Notes under the pieces: model-generated
The model's input: the letters and a program-made list of their open reading frames with translations, nothing else
What the model was told of the DNA's origin: nothing
Database searches by the model: none
Translations under genes and position numbers: made by a program
Shown here: piece by piece, positions 19,958 to 29,504 of the stretch
Numbering within the stretch: the stretch's first letter is position 1
How the letters are laid out: every line of letters begins with the position of its first letter
Source: Pseudomonadota bacterium
Lineage (GTDB): Bacteria; Pseudomonadota; Alphaproteobacteria; Sphingomonadales; Sphingomonadaceae
Assembly (NCBI GenBank): GCA_023387085.1
Contig: JAEWIL010000047.1
Span: forward strand, 1,141-65,140
DNA: 64,000 bases
Direction of reading: 5' to 3'

Positions 19958-19975
19958 TACATAGCATTCTAAGTA
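19958..19975. promoter_or_regulatory. palindromic operator B, copy 2 (TACATAG-N4-CTAAGTA)
   Basis: One mismatch to copy 1; divergent lyase/CoA-transferase promoter. Confidence 0.65.
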
Positions 19976-20024
19976 TATAAATACCATCGCGAGTTGACCG
20001 GAGTCGGACCCCGAAAGGAATGAT

Positions 20025-21188
20025 ATGACAGAAACAAGCGGCGGGGGAGCGCTGGAAGGCATCAAGGTGGTCGAGATGGGGCAGCTCATCGCAGGTCCTT
20101 TCTGCGGCCAGTTGCTAGGCGACATGGGCGCCGAGATCGTCAAACTCGAACCCCCTGAAACCGGCGATCAGATGCGCCACTGGGGTCAGGGCGACAAGCC
20201 GAGCTGGTGGCGAGTGATCGCGCGTAACAAATATTCGGTCGCCGCCGACCTCCGGTCCGCCGAGGGCCAGCAGCTCGCGCGCGAACTGATCGCAAGGGCC
20301 GACATATTGATCGAGAATTTCCGCCCCGGCACGCTTGAGAAATGGAATCTCGACCCCGCGGAGCTTCGCAAGACCAACCCGGGGCTGATTGTCGTCCGCG
20401 TGTCGGGATACGGCCAGACCGGTCCCTATTCCACGCGCGCCGGATTCGGCGGCATCGGCGAGGCGATGGGGGGCTGGCGCGGGATCGTCGGCTATCCCGA
20501 CCGGCCGCCCGCACGCATGGGCGTATCGATCGGCGACACGCTCGCCGCGACTTACGGATGCCTGGGGGCGCTCGCCGCGCTTCATCATCGCGGCAAGACC
20601 GGCGAGGGCCAGGTCGTCGACTCGGCGCTCTACGAAGCGGTGCTGCAGGTGATGGAATCGACCGTGTCGGATTATTCGGCGAGCGGAACCAAGCGCCGAC
20701 GCACCGGCTCTACCCTCCCCGCAATCGCGCCGTCGAACGTCTATCCGTGCCGCGACGGCGAATATCTGATCGGCGCGAACCAGGACGGGGTTTTCGCGCG
20801 GCTGGCCGCAGCAATGGGCCGTCCGGATCTTGCCGAAGACGAACGCTATGCCACCCACCGCGCGCGCGGCGCGCGGCAGGAAGAACTCGACGCGCTGATC
20901 GGCGAATGGACGAGCACGATGACGATCGCCGAGCTGGAAGCGAAGATGGTCGAGGCCGGCGTCCCGGCGGGCCGCGTCTATGATGCCGAGGATATGATGT
21001 CCGACCCGCATTTCGCGGCGCGCGAGGCGCTGGTGACGGTTCCCGATGCCGAACTGGGCGAGATCCGGATGCAGGGCGTTTTTCCGAAACTCTCGGCGAC
21101 GCCTGGCAGCGTCCGCCGCCCCGCTCCGCTCGTCGTCGGACAAGACACCGCCGATGTGCTTGACCGCTGGCTTGGACGGAAGGGATAG
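20025..21188 (+). CDS. CaiB/BaiF family (class III) CoA-transferase
   Basis: IAGPFCGQLLGDMGAEIVKLE, ENFRPG, SGYGQTGPY. Confidence 0.93.
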   Translation: MTETSGGGALEGIKVVEMGQLIAGPFCGQLLGDMGAEIVKLEPPETGDQMRHWGQGDKPSWWRVIARNKYSVAADLRSAEGQQLARELIARADILIENFRPGTLEKWNLDPAELRKTNPGLIVVRVSGYGQTGPYSTRAGFGGIGEAMGGWRGIVGYPDRPPARMGVSIGDTLAATYGCLGALAALHHRGKTGEGQVVDSALYEAVLQVMESTVSDYSASGTKRRRTGSTLPAIAPSNVYPCRDGEYLIGANQDGVFARLAAAMGRPDLAEDERYATHRARGARQEELDALIGEWTSTMTIAELEAKMVEAGVPAGRVYDAEDMMSDPHFAAREALVTVPDAELGEIRMQGVFPKLSATPGSVRRPAPLVVGQDTADVLDRWLGRKG

Positions 21189-21190
21189 CG

Positions 21191-21895
21191 ATGATCACGC
21201 TTTATGGTGGACCGACGCCGAACGCGCGCAAGGTTGCGATCGCTCTGTTGGAAATGGGCTTCGACTGGCAGCTCGAGCCGATCGACATCCTTGCGGGCGA
21301 CCAGCTGAAGCCCGCGTTTCTGGCGCTGAACCCCAACAACAAGACGCCCGTGATCGTCGATCATGACGGCCCGGGGGGCGGCGATTTCGTCCTCTGCGAA
21401 AGCGGAGCGATCCTGCTCTATCTTGCCGAGAAAACCGGGCAATTCCTGCCCGCCGATCCGGCCGCCCGCGCGCTTTGCTGGCAATGGCTGATGTTCCAGA
21501 TGGCGGGCATCGGCCCGATGTTCGGGCAGAACGCCCATTTCAGCCACTACGCCAAAGATAAGCACCCCTATGCGATCGAGCGCTATGCCCGCGAAGTCGA
21601 TCGCCTGTTGATGGTGCTCGACAAAAGGCTGGGCGAAGCCGAGTGGCTGGCCGGCGACACATATAGCATCGCCGACATGGCGACGCTTCCGTGGCTGACC
21701 AGCCAGAGCGAGGCAAAGGCCGACGTCTTCCCGCACATCCGGCGGTGGTACGTTGCGGCGATGCAACGCCCGGCAGTCGCCGAAGGCATGGCGCTGGGTG
21801 TCGCGCGCGCCGAAACGATCGCGGGCGGTCTCAAGGGGTTCGGCGACGAACATCGCGCGATCCTGTGGGGCGACCACCAGCACGCCAGGCGCTAG
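21191..21895 (+). CDS. glutathione S-transferase, Nu class (YfcG/YghU-like)
   Basis: TPN motif, NPNNKTPVIVD, ESGAILLYLAEK, WLMFQMAGIGPMFGQ..HF. Confidence 0.9.
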   Translation: MITLYGGPTPNARKVAIALLEMGFDWQLEPIDILAGDQLKPAFLALNPNNKTPVIVDHDGPGGGDFVLCESGAILLYLAEKTGQFLPADPAARALCWQWLMFQMAGIGPMFGQNAHFSHYAKDKHPYAIERYAREVDRLLMVLDKRLGEAEWLAGDTYSIADMATLPWLTSQSEAKADVFPHIRRWYVAAMQRPAVAEGMALGVARAETIAGGLKGFGDEHRAILWGDHQHARR

Positions 21896-21907
21896 CGGCC
21901 GATAGTC

Positions 21908-22636
21908 CTAGTCGCCCGAGCGCACCGCGGCGTGATTGGCGTCGCCGAACATGTTCGACCATTCCTTTTCGTCGAGCTTTTGATGCCGGCCGATATATTT
22001 GGCCGGCGCGGCAAGGTCGGCACGGCCCATCACCCGCGCAACGGCGGGACGTGCACGGATGCGTTCGAACCAGTCACGCGTCGCGGGCCATTCGTCGAGC
22101 CCCATCCCCATGACGAAGGCCGAAGCGCGGCCAGGCCAGATTGCCATGTCGGCGATCGTATAGTCCGCGCCCGCGACATAGGCGTGCCTTTCAAGTTGCC
22201 GTTCGAGGACGGTCAGCAGGCGGGTGACTTCCTTGGTATAGCGCTCGATCGCATAGTCCTGACCGGCGGGCGCATAGCGCAGGAAATGGCTCGCCTGTCC
22301 GCCCATCGGCCCGAGCCCCGCGACCTGCCAAGTCAGCCAGGACAGCGTGGCCGCGCGTTCGGCGGGAGCGACGGGCAGGAAGCGTCCGCTCTTCTCGGCG
22401 AGATATTGCAGGATAGCGCCCGATTCGAAGACCGGAATCGAAGCCCCGCCGCCAGCAGGATTCAGATCGACGATCGCCGGCAATTTATGGTTGGGATTGA
22501 TCCGTCCGAACGCCGGGGTCAGCTGGTCGCCCTCGAAAATATCATAGGGCAGGACGCGATAGGGAATCCCGATCTCCTCGAGCATGATCGTGATCTTCTG
22601 CCCGTTCGGGGTCGCGGTATAGTGAAGATCGATCAC
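21908..22636 (-). CDS. glutathione S-transferase, Nu class (YfcG/YghU-like)
   Basis: TPNGQKITIMLEE, FESGAILQYLAEK, GLGPMGGQASHF. Confidence 0.9.
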   Translation of the reverse strand: MIDLHYTATPNGQKITIMLEEIGIPYRVLPYDIFEGDQLTPAFGRINPNHKLPAIVDLNPAGGGASIPVFESGAILQYLAEKSGRFLPVAPAERAATLSWLTWQVAGLGPMGGQASHFLRYAPAGQDYAIERYTKEVTRLLTVLERQLERHAYVAGADYTIADMAIWPGRASAFVMGMGLDEWPATRDWFERIRARPAVARVMGRADLAAPAKYIGRHQKLDEKEWSNMFGDANHAAVRSGD

Positions 22637-23140
22637 TCACTGCACCTCGTAGAAGACATGCCGCACGCCGAAGTCGGTGACTTCGCCGACCCCGATCGCG
22701 AGCGTGCCGTTGAGCCAGCGATATTCCTCGCTCGCCGTTTCGAAAACCACCGCGATCCGCAGATAATATCGCGACGGATCGACCGGCGGCTTCGCGGGAT
22801 CGGCGAAAAGTGCGCGAACGTCGTCCGGAATCAGGCTGCGCCCGGTATAGCTCAGGTAGATGAGGTCGCCCGCGTCGGTCTTCCATACCGCACGCGCGTC
22901 GAACGTCCCGACCGATGCGGCGCCGATTCGTCCCGAGCGCGGCCAGTTGCCGCCGCCGGGCAACACCTCACCGGTGATTCGCGGCCCGAGAATGCGGCCG
23001 CCGGTCACATAGCCGACGCGCTGCTCGCCGAACGGCGACGCGCCGATCGCGATGACCCCGCCCCCGACTTCAAACTCTACCGTGCACAAATGGCGGCTTT
23101 TTAGTCCCGCGGGGACGGGCGCCTGATTATCCTCGGCCAT
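22637..23140 (-). CDS. DUF3237 (UPF0311) family protein
   Basis: GG...GPRITGEVLPGGGNW, DARAVWKTDAGDLIY, FETASEEYRWLN; start ATG 23140. Confidence 0.85.
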   Translation of the reverse strand: MAEDNQAPVPAGLKSRHLCTVEFEVGGGVIAIGASPFGEQRVGYVTGGRILGPRITGEVLPGGGNWPRSGRIGAASVGTFDARAVWKTDAGDLIYLSYTGRSLIPDDVRALFADPAKPPVDPSRYYLRIAVVFETASEEYRWLNGTLAIGVGEVTDFGVRHVFYEVQ

Positions 23141-23180
23141 GATGAATCCTCCTTCCAAAACTATGGACAGTATAAAACCA

Positions 23181-23193
23181 TTAGTATACTAAG
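23181..23193. promoter_or_regulatory. palindromic operator B core, copy 3 (TTAG-TATA-CTAAG)
   Basis: Perfect 12-bp palindrome in the divergent DUF3237/TBDR promoter, next to GTCAA (-35-like on minus strand). Confidence 0.6.
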
Positions 23194-23260
23194 GGTCAAT
23201 CAGATTGACGGATCCGGGCCACTCATCCGGTAACCGCGGCACATATTCATGGGAGGGTAT

Positions 23261-25468
23261 ATGAAGCTTCTTCATCCGATTCTGCTCACCGGCGTCGCGA
23301 TCGCCGCGATGACCGCCGGCACCACGCAGGCAATGGCACAGGACACCGCAGCGAGCGACGCCGCCACCGCGGCCGATTCGAGCGGGAACGAGATCATCGT
23401 CACCGCGCAAAAGCGCGCCCAAAACCTTCAGGACGTGCCGATCTCGATGGAAGTCGTCGGCGGCGAGAAGCTTGCCGATTTCGCCGCGGTCGATTTCAAG
23501 GCGGTGCAGAATTATGTTCCGAACGTCTTCGTGCAGCAAACGAACGGCAACGACACCATCTACATCCGCGGCTTCGGCTCGCCGCCGCAGAACTTCTCGT
23601 TCGACCAGGCGGTCAGCGTCTACATGGACGGCATCTATGCGGGCAAGATGCGCCAGGCACTCAACCCCTTCTTCGACGTTGCGCGCGTCGAGGTGATGCG
23701 CGGCCCGCAGGGCGCGCTTTATGGCAAGAACACGCCAGCGGGCGCGGTCAGCGTCGTCAGCGCCGGTCCGACCTCGACGTTTCAGGCCGGCGCGACTGCC
23801 ACCTATAATTTCGACCTGCAGGGCTATGACCTCACCGGCTACGTCTCCGGTCCCGTCACCGACACGCTGAGCATGCGCGTTGCCGCCCGCCTTCAGAACC
23901 AGGAAGGCTATATCAAGAATCTCGCCACCGGCCGTGACGATCCGCGCAACAAGCTGGCGCTGATCCGCGTCAGTGCGCTGTGGGAACCGAGCGACAGCTT
24001 CGACCTGACCGCCAAGCTGGAAATGTCCAATTCGAAGCGTATCGGCGGTCTCGGCGTGTCGAGCCCGGTCAACACGGTGCAGCGGCCGAAGCTGACGCGC
24101 TATACCGAAGAATATCCGCTCGGCCGTGAAGGCTATCTGAACCGGTCGGTACTCGGATCAGTGGTCGCCAATCTGAAGGTCGGAACCCACACGCTGACCT
24201 CGATCACCGGCTATTCGTGGTTCAACGGGTCGGTCACCAACTATTTCGATCAGGAAACCCCGACGGGCACGATCGTCGAAAATTCGGTCAGCAACAAATA
24301 TCCCGAAAATTTCCGCCAGTTCTCACAGGAAGTTCGCCTGCTCTCGCCGACCGGTGGTCCGCTGGAATATGTCGTCGGCGCCTATTACGACACCGCCAAA
24401 TATAATGTGAACCCGTTCCTTTATTATAATGTCGAAGCGTTCAACATCGTTTCGCTGAACCAGACCTATTTCCATCAGAATTCGCGAACGCTTTCGGCCT
24501 TCGGCCAGGCCACGGTGCGTCCGTTCGACGGACTCCGCCTGATCGGTAGCCTGCGCTATACCAACACGCACAAGGACGCGACCTTCTCCGGTAAACTGCT
24601 GGGCGGCCAGCTCTTCCGCGCGCTGACCTCGGCGCAGGGCAAAATCAGCGAAGGGCTCGTCGATCCATCGCTGACGGTTCAGTACGACCTTTCGCGCGAC
24701 CTGATGATCTATGCCGTCTACGGCCGTGGCTCGAAGTCGGGCGGTTTCGTATCGAACACGCTGGGAACGGTTTCGTCGACCTTCGTCTACAAGCCCGAAC
24801 GCTCGCGCAACTGGGAAGCCGGCATCAAGTCGACGCTGTGGGACGGCCGCGCCACGGTCAATCTGTCGGTCTATGACACGAAGTTCACCGACCTCCAGAC
24901 GTCGAGCTACAACCCCGACACCTCGTCCTACATCACCAAGAATGCGGCGTCGGCGACCGCGACGGGTGTCGAAGGGTCGATCCGTATCGCGCCGAGCAAA
25001 TATTTCGATATCACCGCCTCGGCCGCGTATCAGGACATCAAGTACGACAGCTATCCGAACGCGCCCTGCCTCGCGGGGATGACCGGCACGACCTGCGACC
25101 TCAGCGGCTATCGCCTGCCCTATACGTCGAAGTTCACGGGCAACGTGTCGGTGCATGGCCGCGTCGATATCAGCGATTACAAGCTGGACGGCACCGCGGT
25201 ACTTGGCGGCCGCTCGGGCTTCTTCGACTCCGACGACCAGAGCCCTCTCTACGGCTATCAGAAGGGCTATGCGAAGCTCGACCTTCGCGTCCAGTTCTCG
25301 CCGCAGGACGAAAGCTGGCACGTGGCGCTGATCGGCAAGAACCTGACCGACAAGATCACGACCGGCAGCGCGTTCCGCCTGCCCTACCCGATCAGCTCGA
25401 CGACGCGCTCGATCCTGTTCATCGAACCGCCGCGCAACATCGCGGTCGAGGCAGGCTTCAAATTCTGA
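23261..25468 (+). CDS. TonB-dependent receptor
   Basis: EIIVTAQKRAQNLQDVP, VEVMRGPQGALYGKN, terminal Phe (GFKF); GGAGGG before ATG 23261. Confidence 0.93.
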   Translation: MKLLHPILLTGVAIAAMTAGTTQAMAQDTAASDAATAADSSGNEIIVTAQKRAQNLQDVPISMEVVGGEKLADFAAVDFKAVQNYVPNVFVQQTNGNDTIYIRGFGSPPQNFSFDQAVSVYMDGIYAGKMRQALNPFFDVARVEVMRGPQGALYGKNTPAGAVSVVSAGPTSTFQAGATATYNFDLQGYDLTGYVSGPVTDTLSMRVAARLQNQEGYIKNLATGRDDPRNKLALIRVSALWEPSDSFDLTAKLEMSNSKRIGGLGVSSPVNTVQRPKLTRYTEEYPLGREGYLNRSVLGSVVANLKVGTHTLTSITGYSWFNGSVTNYFDQETPTGTIVENSVSNKYPENFRQFSQEVRLLSPTGGPLEYVVGAYYDTAKYNVNPFLYYNVEAFNIVSLNQTYFHQNSRTLSAFGQATVRPFDGLRLIGSLRYTNTHKDATFSGKLLGGQLFRALTSAQGKISEGLVDPSLTVQYDLSRDLMIYAVYGRGSKSGGFVSNTLGTVSSTFVYKPERSRNWEAGIKSTLWDGRATVNLSVYDTKFTDLQTSSYNPDTSSYITKNAASATATGVEGSIRIAPSKYFDITASAAYQDIKYDSYPNAPCLAGMTGTTCDLSGYRLPYTSKFTGNVSVHGRVDISDYKLDGTAVLGGRSGFFDSDDQSPLYGYQKGYAKLDLRVQFSPQDESWHVALIGKNLTDKITTGSAFRLPYPISSTTRSILFIEPPRNIAVEAGFKF

Positions 25469-25512
25469 GGCAGGCCTCGGACGTCTAAGTCCCTTTACGA
25501 CGTCACGTCCCG

Positions 25513-25544
25513 ACATCCCCTTCGCCCCGCAGCGGAGGGGATGT
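25513..25544. terminator. stem-loop between convergent TBDR and SDR genes
   Basis: ACATCCCCTTCGC...GCGGAGGGGATGT. Confidence 0.5.
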
Positions 25545-25557
25545 TCGTTTCAGGACC

Positions 25558-26325
25558 TCATACCGGCGTGTCATGGCCCCATTGCCGGGTAATGGCGCCA
25601 TTCTCGCGCCGCACGGCGACCCAATCGCCACCGGCCAAGGCGTCATCCTCGATCAGATCGATCACCGCCGCGGCGATATCTTCGGGCTGGCAGCGCTCGT
25701 TGTTGGCGAGGACCGGCGCCATCCAGTCCGCCGCGCGGTCGCCGCCGGTGGTATGCAGGATCGGCGTATCGGTCAGGCCGGGAAGCACCGCCGCGACGCG
25801 GACATTCCATTCGTCTTTCAACGAAGCGCAGCAGCGGGTGAACATCATCACCCCCGCCTTGGTCGTCGCATACATCGCGTCGCGAAACCCCGCGCCCAGT
25901 GCAACGGTCGACACGGTGTTGACGATCACCCCGCCCCCGCGTGCGCGCATGGCCTGCGCCGCAACCTGCGTCGCGACGACCAGCGAGGTCAGGTTGATAT
26001 CGACCACCCGGCCGATGCGATCGGTCGCCATCTCGGGAAACTGGTTCGCTCCCGATACGACACCGGCATTATTGTGCAGGATGTCGACGTCGCCGTGCGC
26101 CGCAAACCAGGCCTCGGTCGCCGCGATATCGGCAAGATCGAGCCGGTGAACGCTCGCCCGGCCACCGCACGCCGCGACCAACCTCGCACTTTCCTCCAGT
26201 CCCGCCACGTCGATGTCGACCAGTGCGATGTCCGCCGCGCCGCGCTGGGCCAGCATCAGCGCGGTCGCGCGACCGATCCCCGACGCGGATCCGGTGACGA
26301 TCGCATGCCTGCCCTTGATGTCCAT
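25558..26325 (-). CDS. SDR family oxidoreductase
   Basis: TGSASGIG, NNAG, YATTK. Confidence 0.92.
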   Translation of the reverse strand: MDIKGRHAIVTGSASGIGRATALMLAQRGAADIALVDIDVAGLEESARLVAACGGRASVHRLDLADIAATEAWFAAHGDVDILHNNAGVVSGANQFPEMATDRIGRVVDINLTSLVVATQVAAQAMRARGGGVIVNTVSTVALGAGFRDAMYATTKAGVMMFTRCCASLKDEWNVRVAAVLPGLTDTPILHTTGGDRAADWMAPVLANNERCQPEDIAAAVIDLIEDDALAGGDWVAVRRENGAITRQWGHDTPV

Positions 26326-26378
26326 AATCTCTCTCCCGCTCGATGCTCCGATAATCGTAAAGCACGTTGACAGATAAG

Positions 26379-26394
26379 CTTAACTATCTAAGTA
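26379..26394. promoter_or_regulatory. palindromic operator B, copy 4 (CTTAA-N4-CTAAGTA)
   Basis: One core mismatch; just downstream of TTGACA at 26367-26372 in the divergent SDR/MFS promoter. Confidence 0.55.
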
Positions 26395-26430
26395 TTTTTG
26401 CGAAACAAGAATCGGATGTTGGAGAGAGCC

Positions 26431-27726
26431 GTGACGCAGACTGGCGTGATGGAAGCGGGCGCTGCGCCGGCCGCATATATACGCGCCGGGCGCCGCAATA
26501 TTGCGCTGGCGATGCTGTTTGTCGTCGGCACGATCAATTTCGTCGACCGCCAGCTTCTCTCGGTGCTCGTCGAGCCCATCCGCGCCGAGATGCAATTCAG
26601 CGACACCCAGTTCGGCTTGCTGACCGGGCTCGCCTTCGCGCTTTTCTACGCCGCGATGGGGGTCCCTGTCGCAATGATCGCCGACCGCTGGAACCGCGTG
26701 AAACTCATCGGCGTCGCCTGCCTCGTCTGGAGCGGCTTCACCGCCGCCTGCGGCATGGTCTCGAATTTCTGGCAGCTCGCGCTGATGCGCTTCGGCGTCG
26801 GCGCGGGCGAGGCAGGCGACACCGCGCCGTCTCTGTCGGTGCTGGCAGACTATTTCCCGCCGGCCCAGCGTCCGCTCGTGTCCGGCATCTTCACGCTCAA
26901 TGGCCCACTCGGTGTCTTTCTCGGCACATCCTTCGGCGCGTGGGCCGCCGCCGGCATCGGCTGGCGCAATGCCTTCATCGTTATCGGCGCGATCGGCGTG
27001 GTCATCGTGCCGCTTCTCCTGTGGCTCGTGCGCGAGCCGCCGCGCGGACAGATGGACACGCAGGGCGCGGCCGAAGACAGCCCGTCATTCGCCGAATGTT
27101 TCTCGGCCTTCGTCCGCCGCCGGTCGCTCCGCATGGTGATGATCAGCAGCGGCCTCGCCGCCTTCGTCAGCTATGGCATGCTGAACTGGATTCCCGCTTT
27201 TCTGATGCGCACGCAAAAGATGCCGATCGAGGCGCTGGGGACATGGTATGCGACCGGCGCAGGCATCACCTTCGGCGTCGGAATATTAGGCGGCGGCTGG
27301 CTAGTCAGCCGCTTCGCCGCCAGGTCGGCACGCGCCTATGGCAGCATTCCGGCCATCGCGACAGCAGTCCTTGTTCCCGGCCTGATCGCGGCGCTGCTCG
27401 TCGATAGCTGGCAGGTGTCGCTGGCACTGATGCTGCTGCCGATGGCCGCCTGCACCGTCTATGTCGCGCCTGCGCTGGCCCTCGTCCAGAATCTCACCAC
27501 ACCGCGATCGCGCGCCACGTCCGTGGCGCTGCTGATGCTGATGTTCAATATCGTCGGCCTCGGTCTCGGCCCGCTTTTTGCCGGCGCGGTCAGCGACGCA
27601 TTGAAACCGGCTTATGGCGACGGAAGCCTCCGCTGGGCGCTGATCGCGCTCGTCCCTTTTGCTGTCGCCGCCGGCGTCGCTCAATTTGCCATGACGCGGC
27701 ACCTCGACCAGGATTTTGCGGAATAA
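26431..27726 (+). CDS. MFS transporter (spinster-like)
   Basis: NFVDRQLLSVLVEPI, IADRWNRVKLI; GGAGAG before GTG 26431 (start uncertain). Confidence 0.88.
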   Translation: MTQTGVMEAGAAPAAYIRAGRRNIALAMLFVVGTINFVDRQLLSVLVEPIRAEMQFSDTQFGLLTGLAFALFYAAMGVPVAMIADRWNRVKLIGVACLVWSGFTAACGMVSNFWQLALMRFGVGAGEAGDTAPSLSVLADYFPPAQRPLVSGIFTLNGPLGVFLGTSFGAWAAAGIGWRNAFIVIGAIGVVIVPLLLWLVREPPRGQMDTQGAAEDSPSFAECFSAFVRRRSLRMVMISSGLAAFVSYGMLNWIPAFLMRTQKMPIEALGTWYATGAGITFGVGILGGGWLVSRFAARSARAYGSIPAIATAVLVPGLIAALLVDSWQVSLALMLLPMAACTVYVAPALALVQNLTTPRSRATSVALLMLMFNIVGLGLGPLFAGAVSDALKPAYGDGSLRWALIALVPFAVAAGVAQFAMTRHLDQDFAE

Positions 27727-27742
27727 TCGATCGAAGGAGTAA

Positions 27743-28141
27743 GTGATGAGCGAAGAGAATGATATCCGCGCGATGGCGCAGCGCTTTTTCGATGCGATCG
27801 AACAGGGCGATATCGACACGATGTTGAACAGCTTCACCCCCGATGCCGAAATCTGGCACAACACCGACGAACTGATCGTCACGCCGGCTCAGACCGCGCA
27901 AACGCTGGCCGGCATGGTCGCGCGGATCAAGGACCGCGAATATGCCGAGCGGCAGATCAGCGTCTTTCCCGGCGGCTTCGTTCAGCAACATGTTCTGAAG
28001 GGCAAGCGCGTCCACGACGACGGCGCCGTCCGCCTGCCCTGTGCGATTATCTGCAAGGTCGAGAACGGCAAGATCACGCGCCTCGACGAATATTTCGATT
28101 CGGCACATGTCGCCGAATTCCGCAAATTCTCGAACAGCTGA
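27743..28141 (+). CDS. NTF2/SnoaL-like (ketosteroid-isomerase-related) protein
   Basis: FFDAIEQGD, DAEIWHN, GKITRLDEYFDS. Confidence 0.82.
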   Translation: MMSEENDIRAMAQRFFDAIEQGDIDTMLNSFTPDAEIWHNTDELIVTPAQTAQTLAGMVARIKDREYAERQISVFPGGFVQQHVLKGKRVHDDGAVRLPCAIICKVENGKITRLDEYFDSAHVAEFRKFSNS

Positions 28142-28152
28142 GGAGAATAGCC

Positions 28153-28830
28153 ATGCCCGTCCTGCGCCAGGTTCCGCGCTCGGAAGTCACCGACGAGACC
28201 GTTCTCGCCTATTACGACCGCCTTTTCGGCGATCGCGATCCCGTTGCCGAGCCGGGCACCGCGACCGGTACGCCGGGCGACTGGTGGACCGTCTTTGCCC
28301 TGTCACCCGACATCTTCGAACATGCTGTGAAGGGCTTCGCGGTCTATCGCAACCCCGCGCGCACCATCGACCCGATCCTGCGCGAGCTCGGCCAGACTCG
28401 CGCCGGCTGGGTCAAGGGCAGCCAGTTCGTCTTCTCGCAACACTGCAAGTCGCTCCGCGGCCTTGGTTGCAGCGAGGAAAAGATCGCCGCGATCGCGCAC
28501 TGGACCGTCGCCGACTGTTACAACGATCAGGAGCGCGCCGTCCTCGCCTATGCCGACTGCCTGAGCCAGGGCGGCGGACGCGTTCCGCTGGAGATATTCG
28601 ACAAGCTCAGGACCTTCTGGAACGACGAGCAGATCTTGGAATTCACTTACATCACCTGCCTCTATGACATGCACGCCGTGATGACGCGCGCGCTGCGCAT
28701 GGAATATGATGCCCGCGAAGATCCCATCGTCGAGGTCGCGGCGCCGGAAGGCTTCAACGCGGCGGATTTCCTGAGTGCCCCCCCGTCCGGCGCAGGGGTG
28801 AGCGCGCGCCACAATCGTCAACTTAGTTGA
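28153..28830 (+). CDS. carboxymuconolactone decarboxylase/AhpD-like protein
   Basis: LRELGQTRAG..GSQFVFSQH, ERAVLAYAD, EQILEFT helical pattern; no CxxC. Confidence 0.7.
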   Translation: MPVLRQVPRSEVTDETVLAYYDRLFGDRDPVAEPGTATGTPGDWWTVFALSPDIFEHAVKGFAVYRNPARTIDPILRELGQTRAGWVKGSQFVFSQHCKSLRGLGCSEEKIAAIAHWTVADCYNDQERAVLAYADCLSQGGGRVPLEIFDKLRTFWNDEQILEFTYITCLYDMHAVMTRALRMEYDAREDPIVEVAAPEGFNAADFLSAPPSGAGVSARHNRQLS

Positions 28831-28873
28831 CAGTTGTGGCGCTATATGCCATAAGACTCGCGGAGAGGATCGT

Positions 28874-29491
28874 ATGAGATTCTATAATAGCGTCGGCCCC
28901 AACCCGCGCGTCGTGACGATGTTCATGGCCGAAAAGGGTATCGAGATTCCCGAGGTCGTGATCGACCTGCGCGGCGGCGAAAACCGGCGCGCTCCCTATA
29001 ATGTGGATGTGAATCCCGCGGGTCAGACCCCGGCGCTGGAACTCGACGACGGATCGGTGCTGACCGAGATCACCGCGATTTGCGAATATCTGGAAGAGCG
29101 CTTCCCCGCCCCCGCCCTGATCGGCACGACGGCCGAAGAGCGCGCGAGGACGCGGATGTGGACCCGGCGCATCGATATCAAGATCTGCGAACCGCTGACC
29201 AATGGCTTCCGCTTCGCGGAGGGGCTACCACTGTTCGAGCCGCGCATGCGCTGCCTCCCCGAGGCGGCCGAGGGGCTGAAGGCTGTCGCGCAGGACGGGA
29301 TCCGCTGGCTCGATCCGCTGATCGCGGACCGCGATTATCTTGCCGGCGACCGGCTGACCCTCGCCGACATCATGCTCTTCGTCTTTCTCGATTTCGGCGC
29401 GTCGGTCGGGCAACCCGTCGACCCCGCCAACACCCATGTCACGCGCTGGTACAACCGGATGAAGGATCGACCGAGCGCCAACAGCAATTGA
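28874..29491 (+). CDS. glutathione S-transferase family protein
   Basis: GPNPRVV.MFMAEKG, NPAGQTPALELDDG, EITAICEYLEE, LTLADI. Confidence 0.9.
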   Translation: MRFYNSVGPNPRVVTMFMAEKGIEIPEVVIDLRGGENRRAPYNVDVNPAGQTPALELDDGSVLTEITAICEYLEERFPAPALIGTTAEERARTRMWTRRIDIKICEPLTNGFRFAEGLPLFEPRMRCLPEAAEGLKAVAQDGIRWLDPLIADRDYLAGDRLTLADIMLFVFLDFGASVGQPVDPANTHVTRWYNRMKDRPSANSN

Positions 29492-29504
29492 TAAAAGGAG
29501 ACGG

